From: Bacillus subtilis subsp. subtilis str. 168
GTDB taxonomy: Bacteria > Bacillota > Bacilli > Bacillales > Bacillaceae
Assembly (NCBI RefSeq): GCF_000009045.1
Contig: NC_000964.3
Coordinates: 180,001 to 212,000, forward strand
Direction: 5' to 3'
DNA: 32,000 bases
The translations under genes and the position numbers were made by a program. Position 1 is the stretch's first letter, and the number at the start of each line of letters is the position of its first letter. A model generated the notes under the pieces. That model was given only the letters and a program-made list of their open reading frames with translations. It was not told the DNA's origin and searched no databases. Below are positions 25,409-32,000 of the stretch, piece after piece.

Positions 25409-26926
25409 ATGTTAGTTTCGCTGAGTTTGTCATCATTATTAACATTATTTTTTATTATGCTTATGGCTTCTGGGATTAGTGGACTATTGTTTTTACATCC
25501 GCGTGTACCCTTGAGTTTTGTTCGCATTCATATTGGGATCTTGGCTTTACCACTTTTGGTTTCCTTACTGATTCTTGCCAATAGTGGTGTGAGTGGAAAT
25601 GTTGGCCCTTGGCACTTAGATTCCTTAGCTTGTTTAATGACTTTCTTTGTTCTTGCAATTGGATTCATCATTCAGCGTTTTTCTGTACGTTACTTAATGG
25701 GGGATCGATCTTATCGAAAATATTTTACGCTTTTTACTTTCACAACAGGAGCTGCTTCAATGACATGGTTAAGTGGTGATCTCCGCTTGATGGTTCTATT
25801 TTGGGGAGCAACTCTTGTTGGTTTAACCTTACTTATAAGGTTAAACAGTGCTTGGCAAGTGGCTAGTGAAGCAGCCAAAATTTCTGGACGGTTATTTTTG
25901 TTAAGTTGGTTTTCTTTGTTTTTTGCGATGATGTGGCTTTTTCATGCCACAGGTCAATGGCAGCTATCATTGGTTGTAACAAATGAAAGTTTAGCTGGGC
26001 TGGGAGAATGGGAGAGAACAGGGATTCAGCTATTGATTGTACTGGCGGTGATCATTCCTGCAGCTCAATGGCCGTTCCAAAGATGGTTGGTTGAGTCTAT
26101 TGTTGCTCCCACCCCAGTTTCTGCAATTATGCATGCAGGTTTAGTAAATGCTGGAGGAATAATACTAACTCGATTTTCACCTCTATTTCATGGTGGTATC
26201 GCTTCGATTATCTTACTTCTGCTTGCTAGCATTTCTGTATTGATTGGAACTGGAATTAGTTTAGTTCAGGTTGATTATAAACGCCAGTTAGTAGGCTCCA
26301 CGATTGGACAAATGGGGTTTATGCTCATTCAGTGTGCATTAGGCGCCTATATAGCAGCCATTATTCACCTTATTTTACATGGTTTATTCAAGGCTACGTT
26401 GTTTCTACAGGCTGGTTCAGCAGTAGGGCGTCATGAAGTATCGACTCGCACTAATGAAAGAACATCCTATTTATGGGTCATGGCTGGTCGGATTTTATCC
26501 TTAGTTATAGGTGTTGCTTTTTGGCTCACTGCTCCTGGAGACGGGTATCACTTAATCAGTGCGCTGATCTTAGGGTGGTCATTGTCCGTTTCTTGGGATC
26601 AGCTTGTCGCTTTTGGAGAGGGCCGAATTGGCCGGATTGCCGGTTTAACTGTTTTAGGAGGAGCAGCCCTCGTATATTTTATCATTCATCACCTTTTCTA
26701 TAAGTGGCTGCATACAACCATTTTTCAAAGTGTTCAACCTCCAATGTCAGCTGTCATGATTGTCGTATGTCTCTTACTCTTTGGCAGTGCTTTAGGTACG
26801 TGGGTTGCTCGTCATCGTTCTTCCGTTTTTTTCGCGGTACTCTATCTTTGGTTAGTCCGATTAGGTGAAGCAAAACCAAAGTCAGTAGAGAGTCACCCAG
26901 ACTACCTTAAACAATATATTTCATAA
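25409..26926 (+). CDS. ndhF: Orphan NuoL/NdhF-like proton-conducting membrane subunit (Mrp-antiporter fold); DabB/MpsA-type component
   Basis: 505-aa polytopic ORF with an AAGGGAG SD. The conserved NuoL/ND5-type core reads PTPVSAIMHAGLVNAGGIIL ... GSTIGQMGFMLIQCALG ... HLILHGLFKATLFL. No other complex I genes are nearby. Confidence 0.9.
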   Translation: MLVSLSLSSLLTLFFIMLMASGISGLLFLHPRVPLSFVRIHIGILALPLLVSLLILANSGVSGNVGPWHLDSLACLMTFFVLAIGFIIQRFSVRYLMGDRSYRKYFTLFTFTTGAASMTWLSGDLRLMVLFWGATLVGLTLLIRLNSAWQVASEAAKISGRLFLLSWFSLFFAMMWLFHATGQWQLSLVVTNESLAGLGEWERTGIQLLIVLAVIIPAAQWPFQRWLVESIVAPTPVSAIMHAGLVNAGGIILTRFSPLFHGGIASIILLLLASISVLIGTGISLVQVDYKRQLVGSTIGQMGFMLIQCALGAYIAAIIHLILHGLFKATLFLQAGSAVGRHEVSTRTNERTSYLWVMAGRILSLVIGVAFWLTAPGDGYHLISALILGWSLSVSWDQLVAFGEGRIGRIAGLTVLGGAALVYFIIHHLFYKWLHTTIFQSVQPPMSAVMIVVCLLLFGSALGTWVARHRSSVFFAVLYLWLVRLGEAKPKSVESHPDYLKQYIS

Positions 26927-26940
26927 GGAGCTAATCTGAG

Positions 26941-29556
26941 ATGGGCATTACATCCGTATTAACGAAAGATAATGTAAAAAAGATAGATACAGATATTGAT
27001 GTTCAAGAAAGGGATCTTAACGTTTTCATTACATCTGCCAGCCGAGTGATTGCGCCACTTTGGCCTATTTCTACATTTGCTGCACGTAATCCGTGGATGG
27101 GACTTGAAAACCAACCTTTTGATCAGGTTGCAAGTTGGTTGAAAAACACTCGCGATGTTGATATATACCCTAGTGCGTCTATGATCCGTTCAGCAAAGAA
27201 TAAAGGTGAGATTGATGAAGATTTTGTGGAAATGGGGCTGCAGCGTTGGCTTGATTCACATTCCTATCACATCCCACGGGACGTAGCAGAGCGATTTTGT
27301 CATGCTGCATTAAAGTTAGATCCCCTGCCTTCCGACCTTTTATCATCACATGAGCTGGAGAAATTAGTAAGTGAATGTAGTGGATTGGATCATATCGAGA
27401 ATGTGTTTATGCAGCCACTAAGTTCGTATATAGAGAATCAAGATGGTGAAAGGCTAGTCAATATACTAGATCATCATGTCATTAAATGGAGTAAATTATA
27501 TCTTGATGACTCTCAAGCGGGTTGGACAATGCCTAATCGTGAGGAAGGTTTCTATCGTGCTTGGCAGCATCTTATTCAATATGATCCAGCACTTAGCAAA
27601 AAGCAGCGAGAAAGGGTAAAAGGTTGGCCGAAAGAGGCACATTTGGCTTTACAAGAAGCTTTATTCGCACTAGAAATCCCAGAGTCAGAAATCCAGACTT
27701 ATCTTGAAGGTCATTTACTTTCATTACCTGGATGGGCAGGGATGATGCTTTGGCGCTCCCAACAATCGAGCCACGAACATGCACTACTAACAGAATATTT
27801 AGCGGTTCGAATATCCATGGAGTGGGCTCTTATAAAGCCATACTTACCTTTGACTAATGAACGATCTAAGAAAACAATTTCAATTGCTCCCCTTATAGCA
27901 GCTTGGATTCATTGGGGTGGGCTTACATTAGAAGAATGGTCACAGATGACGGCCAGTGAACAAAACGAATATTTATCATTTGCCTACAGCTTTGATGAGA
28001 AACTTCGCAAGAAACTTTGGTTAGAAGCTTGGGAACAAACGTACACTGATCGATTAAGCCAGAAGATCATCTCGAAACAACGTGAAACCGGCCGTGAAAA
28101 ATCTGCATTAGCTCAATTAGCATTCTGCATCGATGTACGATCAGAACCTTTTCGTCGTCAACTAGAAAAAGAAGGCCCGTTTGAAACGATTGGTATTGCT
28201 GGTTTCTTCGGGGTGCCGATTGCAACTTGTGAACTTGGCAGTAAACACAGTCATGCTTCCTTGCCGATCATACAAAAACCGCAAAATAAAATAAAAGAGT
28301 TCGCAGATGAGGATGTATTCAAAAAATACAATCAACGGAAGCAAGCAATTCATTCTTTAAGCCATACCTTTAAAACGATGAAGCAGAATGCGCTTTCGAG
28401 CTTACTACTGCCTGAGCTAAGTGGACCTTGGCTTACTCTGCAAATGGCAGCCCGTAGCTTTGTGCCAAGAAAGGCGGGTCGTTTCATTCGTAATCTCCGT
28501 GAGGCTTGGTTACGCAAACCTGATACAAAACTCTCGCTTCATCATGATGCTACAGAGGCAGAAATACCTGTGGGTTTTACTGATGAAGAAAAAGTGAACT
28601 ATGCTCGCCAAGCATTAAAAATGATGGGGTTAACAGAGAACATCGCACCATTGGTCGTGATTTGTGGGCATGGCAGTCAAAGTACTAATAATCCTTATTC
28701 TGCAGCCCTTGATTGTGGTGCCTGTGGTGGAGCGGCCGGTGGATTCAATGCAAGAGTTTTAGCTGCTTTATGTAATCTATCAGAGGTACGAGAAGCTCTT
28801 TTAGCTGAAGGAATTAAAATTCCTGAGGATACAGTTTTTGCAGCAGCTGAACATAATACAACAGTAGATGAATTACATTGGCTTTATGTACCAGAGCTTT
28901 CCGAAGCTGCACAAGAAGCATTTGAACAAATTGAAGCCGTTATGCCGAAAGTGAGACATCATGTAAACGCAGAACGTCTAGCCCAATTACCGAATTTCCA
29001 ATCGAAGCTAAAAAATCCGAAGGCTGAGGCAAACCGATTTGCGGAAGATTGGAGTGAGATACGTCCGGAATGGGGACTGGCTCGTAATGCCGCTTTTATT
29101 ATCGGTAAACGTGAATTAACTCAGGATTGTGATTTGGAAGGCAGAGCCTTTCTCCATAATTATGATTGGAAGCAGGATGAAAGCGGTGAACTCCTAGCAA
29201 ATATTATTGTAGGACCTGGAACTGTAGCCCAATGGATTAATTTACAATATTACGCATCAACGGTAGCACCTCATTATTATGGCAGCGGAAATAAAGCAAC
29301 TCAAACCGTTACTGCAGGTCTCGGCGTTATGCAGGGGAATGCAAGCGATTTGTTAGCCGGACTGCCTTGGCAATCCGTCATGGAATCAGATCACGAGGCC
29401 TATCATTCTCCTCTTCGTTTATTGATACTCATCCAAGCACCTAGAGAATATGTAGAACGGTTATTAAATCATGATTCAGCATTTCTGCAAAAAGTTCAAA
29501 ATGGATGGGTCCGACTGGCTAGTCTTGATCCAGAAGGATGTTGGGAAAGCTGGTAA
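26941..29556 (+). CDS. ybcC: DUF2309 protein YbcC; DabA/MpsB-type, beta-carbonic-anhydrase-like component of an inorganic-carbon pump
   Basis: 871-aa soluble ORF with a TAAGGAG SD, 14 nt after the ndhF stop. It has a CxDxR motif (C396-I-D398-V-R400, nt 28126-28140) and ICGH577GS...LDC592GAC595GG (nt 28669-28725), with H-to-C spacing of 15 residues. Confidence 0.9.
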   Translation: MGITSVLTKDNVKKIDTDIDVQERDLNVFITSASRVIAPLWPISTFAARNPWMGLENQPFDQVASWLKNTRDVDIYPSASMIRSAKNKGEIDEDFVEMGLQRWLDSHSYHIPRDVAERFCHAALKLDPLPSDLLSSHELEKLVSECSGLDHIENVFMQPLSSYIENQDGERLVNILDHHVIKWSKLYLDDSQAGWTMPNREEGFYRAWQHLIQYDPALSKKQRERVKGWPKEAHLALQEALFALEIPESEIQTYLEGHLLSLPGWAGMMLWRSQQSSHEHALLTEYLAVRISMEWALIKPYLPLTNERSKKTISIAPLIAAWIHWGGLTLEEWSQMTASEQNEYLSFAYSFDEKLRKKLWLEAWEQTYTDRLSQKIISKQRETGREKSALAQLAFCIDVRSEPFRRQLEKEGPFETIGIAGFFGVPIATCELGSKHSHASLPIIQKPQNKIKEFADEDVFKKYNQRKQAIHSLSHTFKTMKQNALSSLLLPELSGPWLTLQMAARSFVPRKAGRFIRNLREAWLRKPDTKLSLHHDATEAEIPVGFTDEEKVNYARQALKMMGLTENIAPLVVICGHGSQSTNNPYSAALDCGACGGAAGGFNARVLAALCNLSEVREALLAEGIKIPEDTVFAAAEHNTTVDELHWLYVPELSEAAQEAFEQIEAVMPKVRHHVNAERLAQLPNFQSKLKNPKAEANRFAEDWSEIRPEWGLARNAAFIIGKRELTQDCDLEGRAFLHNYDWKQDESGELLANIIVGPGTVAQWINLQYYASTVAPHYYGSGNKATQTVTAGLGVMQGNASDLLAGLPWQSVMESDHEAYHSPLRLLILIQAPREYVERLLNHDSAFLQKVQNGWVRLASLDPEGCWESW

Positions 29557-29632
29557 TGATGAATCTAAGCATTTATCAAATGGATTTGTTACTCAATACA
29601 AAAATGATAAACATAAGGAAGAGGTGTGCTGT

Positions 29633-30160
29633 ATGAATGTAAACCAAAATAAAAAAGTATTATTTTTGACGGATATTGAAAACGGTTTGGAGCCTATTTT
29701 ACAAGAAGCGACTAACACTTCTGCAGAGAATATGTTGACTATACAAAGCTATGGTGCCAGTATTTCACATCCTTATGGAGAAATCATGAGGTCTGTTATT
29801 TTTGCGATTTACCAGGAAGATGTTGAGGAGATTTTTGTAGTAGGAACAAAAGATAAGAAGACTTCTGCAGGTAATGGACTAACTCAACTTGAAACAATGA
29901 AAGATAAAATACAAACATTGGATTATCTGTTTCAAAATTGCAAGCCTGAATTTTTAGGTGGTACGGTCGATGAATGGCTAAATGAAAATAGCAGTGACAC
30001 CATTGAAAAAAGTGTTGATATGATTCGACATCATCCCCTAGTGCCGTCATATGTTAAAGTTAGAGGTTTATTCGTTAATCATAAGGGTGGAAAACCCTCA
30101 ATCGCGGAGGTTCCTGATGTTAAAACAGGTCAAGCCATGCCTGATCATTGCTTGTCATGA
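29633..30160 (+). CDS. ybcF: YbcF, beta-carbonic-anhydrase-like protein apparently lacking the zinc ligands
   Basis: I chose the start at the ATG at 29633 (MNVNQNKKVLFLTDIENG...), after an AAGGAAGAGGTG SD, giving 175 aa. The 54-codon upstream extension in the ORF track overlaps ybcC and has no SD. By-eye alignment to beta-CAs puts LFLTDIEN against GCSDSR, TIQSYGAS against VHRNVAN, and VEEIFVVGTKDKK against VEHIIICGHYGCG. Confidence 0.8.
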   Translation: MNVNQNKKVLFLTDIENGLEPILQEATNTSAENMLTIQSYGASISHPYGEIMRSVIFAIYQEDVEEIFVVGTKDKKTSAGNGLTQLETMKDKIQTLDYLFQNCKPEFLGGTVDEWLNENSSDTIEKSVDMIRHHPLVPSYVKVRGLFVNHKGGKPSIAEVPDVKTGQAMPDHCLS

Positions 30161-30223
30161 TGAAATGCAGGTTTAACTTCTAAACGCACCCATATATGGA
30201 GAAAGCAGTTCTAAGGAGATTGT

Positions 30224-30514
30224 ATGAGCGCTAATTTAACTGATTTTGTCACGAAAACAATAGAGGAAATGAACTCGTTTGATCGTGAAAATATGGAATG
30301 TATAAAAAAACTAATTAGAAAAGCAATTGATTTTTATCATCTAAAGTCTTATGAAGAAGTTGAGGAAACCCATTCAGGAAATGTTCGATTTTTGCATGTC
30401 CACTCTATGATGGAAGAAAATATGTTATCCAAAATGATAGTGGTCACAAGAAACGGTAAAACTGATTTGGATATTGAAGGTGTATATGAAGGATATGTTG
30501 TAAGAGAATATTAA
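30224..30514 (+). CDS. ybcH: Hypothetical 96-aa cytosolic protein YbcH
   Basis: ORF with a strong SD (TAAGGAGA, 5-nt spacer). It is acidic and has no TM segment or motif I recognise. It is co-directional with its neighbours and no terminator separates them. Confidence 0.7.
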   Translation: MSANLTDFVTKTIEEMNSFDRENMECIKKLIRKAIDFYHLKSYEEVEETHSGNVRFLHVHSMMEENMLSKMIVVTRNGKTDLDIEGVYEGYVVREY

Positions 30515-30571
30515 TGAGACGAAATCACAAATAGAATATGCCAATTTTTTTGCTCAGGAGATGTATTAGAT

Positions 30572-30946
30572 ATGAAAAAGTCTAAGGGTTCTATTGAATC
30601 AGAGATCAGTAAGTCCATTACTCAATGGGAGAAGGATTATCTTGGGCGGGGGTCTGTATCTGTTAAGACTGATATACTGCGGGACATGATCATCGTCAAT
30701 TTAAAAGGGATTTTAACACCAGCCGAATATGTAGTTTGTGGATCAAAAGAGGGTATGTTATCTATCAAACAAACTCGTTCAGAGTTAGTCGAATCAGGTA
30801 TAGAAGGCCTTAAGGATATTATCTTAAAAATAACCGGAGAAAAAGTGAAAAGTTTTCATACTGATTTAAGCTCCCGGACAGGTGAACGAGTGATGGTATT
30901 TAAATTATGTAATGATCTAGAGAAAAATTTGGAAAAGATCTTATAA
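30572..30946 (+). CDS. ybcI: DUF2294 protein YbcI (MpsC-like)
   Basis: 124-aa ORF with an AGGAG SD about 11 nt upstream. The N-terminus ...ISKSITQWEKDYLGRGSVSVKTDILRDMIIVNLKGILTPAE is typical of the DUF2294 family, members of which are annotated as MpsC (from memory). Confidence 0.78.
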   Translation: MKKSKGSIESEISKSITQWEKDYLGRGSVSVKTDILRDMIIVNLKGILTPAEYVVCGSKEGMLSIKQTRSELVESGIEGLKDIILKITGEKVKSFHTDLSSRTGERVMVFKLCNDLEKNLEKIL

Positions 30947-31123
30947 TCTAAAGAAAATAAATGTTTTGACGGTGTGGAATTTGTTGTGAATTGAACATAA
31001 AGAACTGCCGATTCTTTTGTTTTACAATTATGGTATCATTGATAACTTTTATTCATATCCTAAGCGGACATAAAGAGATGTCAATTCATAGTACACTGTC
31101 ATGTTATTCCTGTCGAAAGATCT

Positions 31124-31157
31124 AACATCCGCTGTTGTTATGAGCGGATGTTTTTTT
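31124..31157 (+). terminator. Rho-independent terminator; the first one downstream of ndhF...ybcI
   Basis: AACATCCGCT (loop 9 nt) AGCGGATGTT forms a 10-bp stem with a T-run (TTTTTTT from 31151). It lies 178 nt after the ybcI stop. Confidence 0.85.
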
Positions 31158-31393
31158 ACATCTATTTTAAATACATGAATTTGATGCTGGTGATTAGTCA
31201 CTTGAACAATATTTGAAAACATCCTTGTCACCTGCCGGGTTTCCCCAAGTGTTTAGTGACATGATTATGAGACCAACTTCGTAAAGCTTGCTGATAAATT
31301 TAAGCGGTGAACAAAATTGATATGCTGTCTTCAGTTTCATTTCACGGAATTAGTCAGAGATAAACCTTTAATTAAATATATCCAAAAAACGGA

Positions 31394-31421
31394 TTGACAT
31401 ATCGAAATATAACGATATAAT
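31394..31421 (+). promoter_or_regulatory. ybzH promoter (TTGACA-16 nt-TATAAT) overlapped by the operator-like inverted repeat ACATATC-N10-GATATAA
   Basis: TTGACA is at 31394-31399 and TATAAT at 31416-31421. The ATG at 31429 is only 7 nt past the -10 and there is no SD. The inverted repeat is at 31397-31420. Confidence 0.7.
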
Positions 31422-31428
31422 AATCGAT

Positions 31429-31731
31429 ATGGAACCAATTGAAGTATTCAAAGCCTTATCAAATGAATCAAGGCTGCAAATTTTACAATGGCTGAAGGAG
31501 CCCGATCGTCATTTTGCACCCCATGAAGGGATTGATATGAACACAATCGGGGTATGTGTCAGTCAAATAACAGACAAATTGAAAATGACGCAATCGACAG
31601 CTTCTCAATATCTTACCATCCTTTTAAGAGCCGGCCTAATTAAGGCGGAGCGAATCGGAAAGTACACGTATTATAAAAGAGATGAAGAAGCCATTGGGAA
31701 ACTTGCTGACTTTCTTAAAACAGAGATATAA
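31429..31731 (+). CDS. ybzH: ArsR/SmtB-family winged-helix transcriptional regulator
   Basis: 100-aa ORF. It begins IEVFKALSNESRLQILQWL (ArsR N-terminal helix signature), and the HTH region reads ITDKLKMTQSTASQYLTILLRAGLIKAERIGKYTYY. Confidence 0.82.
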   Translation: MEPIEVFKALSNESRLQILQWLKEPDRHFAPHEGIDMNTIGVCVSQITDKLKMTQSTASQYLTILLRAGLIKAERIGKYTYYKRDEEAIGKLADFLKTEI

Positions 31732-31732
31732 A

Positions 31733-31760
31733 AATAAACATCAAAAGATGTTTATTTTTA
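31733..31760 (+). terminator. Terminator hairpin after ybzH
   Basis: ATAAACATC (loop AAAA) GATGTTTAT forms a 9-bp A/T-rich stem followed by TTTT. Confidence 0.65.
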
Positions 31761-31766
31761 CACCAT

Positions 31767-31830
31767 ACATATCGACATATTACGATGTGTTTATTTTTTT
31801 ATAATAACATATCGATAATTCGTGATATGT
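31767..31830 (+). promoter_or_regulatory. Two further copies of the ACATATC-N10-GATATGT operator motif in the ybcL upstream region
   Basis: ACATATCGACATATTACGATGTGT is at 31767-31790 and ACATATCGATAATTCGTGATATGT at 31807-31830. A TATAAT at 31800-31805 lies between them. Confidence 0.65.
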
Positions 31831-31858
31831 TTATTAATAATTAAGGAGTGAATGTTTT

Positions 31859-32000
31859 ATGTCTAACACTTGGAAAATTTATATTTTAGCCATTGTCAGC
31901 TTTTTAGTTGGAACCTCAGAGTACATCATTTCCGGAATTTTGGATCAAATTGCTCATACTCTCGGGATCACTTTAGCTGCCGCGGGCCAGCTTATTACCA
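31859..32000 (+). CDS. ybcL: MFS transporter YbcL, N-terminal 47 codons; continues off the right edge
   Basis: The ATG at 31859 follows an AAGGAG SD (31843-31848). The translation MSNTWKIYILAIVSFLVGTSEYIISGILDQIAHTLGITLAAAGQLIT is a typical MFS TM1 plus loop. It is open to the window end. Confidence 0.8.
   Translation, partial: MSNTWKIYILAIVSFLVGTSEYIISGILDQIAHTLGITLAAAGQLIT

Noticed and set aside
25252-25527. 91-aa (-) ORF spanning the ndhF start and the leader hairpin
   Set aside because: It is very A/T-rich and Asn/Lys/Ile-rich, has no SD, overlaps the ndhF start and RBS, and runs through a hairpin.
25409-26926. Reading ndhF as a subunit of respiratory NADH dehydrogenase (complex I)
   Set aside because: No other nuo/ndh genes are in the neighbourhood. 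It is tightly coupled to a DUF2309 gene. B. subtilis is known to lack complex I. The DabB/MpsA-type role fits better.
31030-31125. 31-codon + strand ORF (MVSLITFIHILSGHKEMSIHSTLSCYSCRKI)
   Set aside because: It has no Shine-Dalgarno sequence upstream, and its stop falls in the terminator stem. It is probably fortuitous.
31049-31231. 60-aa (-) ORF after ybcI (an internal Met has an AGGTGA SD-like sequence)
   Set aside because: The frame reads straight through the + strand terminator stem-loop (31124-31152). It has no recognisable domain or hydrophobic segment. I kept it only as a remote possibility under the 3' UTR finding.

Overview
The gene order and the translated proteins match Bacillus subtilis 168, roughly 180-212 kb on the chromosome. 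This is recognition from memory, not a database search.

Left to right:
- 1-5003 (- strand): the Fur/Btr-controlled bacillibactin uptake locus besA(partial)-feuCBA-btr.
- 5194-12965 (- strand): the MurNAc/peptidoglycan recycling operon murQ-murR-murP-amiE-nagZ-ybbC(namZ).
- 13075-14025 (- strand): ybbJ and ybbK.
- 14205-14618 (+): a five-tRNA cluster, Glu-Val-Thr-Tyr-Gln.
- 14849-16052 (+): sigW-rsiW with the canonical SigW autopromoter.
- 16213-22079 (+): the c-di-AMP/cell-wall precursor operon cdaA-cdaR-glmM, then the glmS ribozyme and glmS.
- From 22080 the DNA looks more AT-rich. It carries alkA, adaA-adaB, then a co-directional five-gene block ndhF-ybcC-ybcF-ybcH-ybcI, and finally an ArsR-type regulator (ybzH) and the start of the MFS gene ybcL.

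Most of the window is well-characterised housekeeping or accessory biology.

The least explained part, and my main candidate, is ndhF-ybcC-ybcF-ybcH-ybcI:
- ndhF is an orphan NuoL/NdhF-type membrane subunit and ybcC is a DUF2309 protein. This pair is the DabBA/MpsAB type of energy-coupled CO2/bicarbonate pump.
- YbcC carries a beta-carbonic-anhydrase-like CxDxR ... H-x14-C signature.
- It is followed by a beta-CA-like protein that seems to have lost its zinc ligands (YbcF), an orphan 96-aa protein (YbcH) and a DUF2294/MpsC-like protein (YbcI).
- It is preceded by a 518-bp repeat-rich leader with an unusually long terminator-like hairpin.

Other structures seen directly in the sequence:
- A perfect 13-bp inverted repeat brackets the glmS promoter.
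- An 8-bp inverted repeat lies over the cdaA promoter.
- A perfect 20-bp palindrome lies in the murQ-operon 3' UTR.
- A thrice-repeated operator sits around a probably leaderless ybzH.

I saw no CRISPR array, IS element, transposase or integrase.
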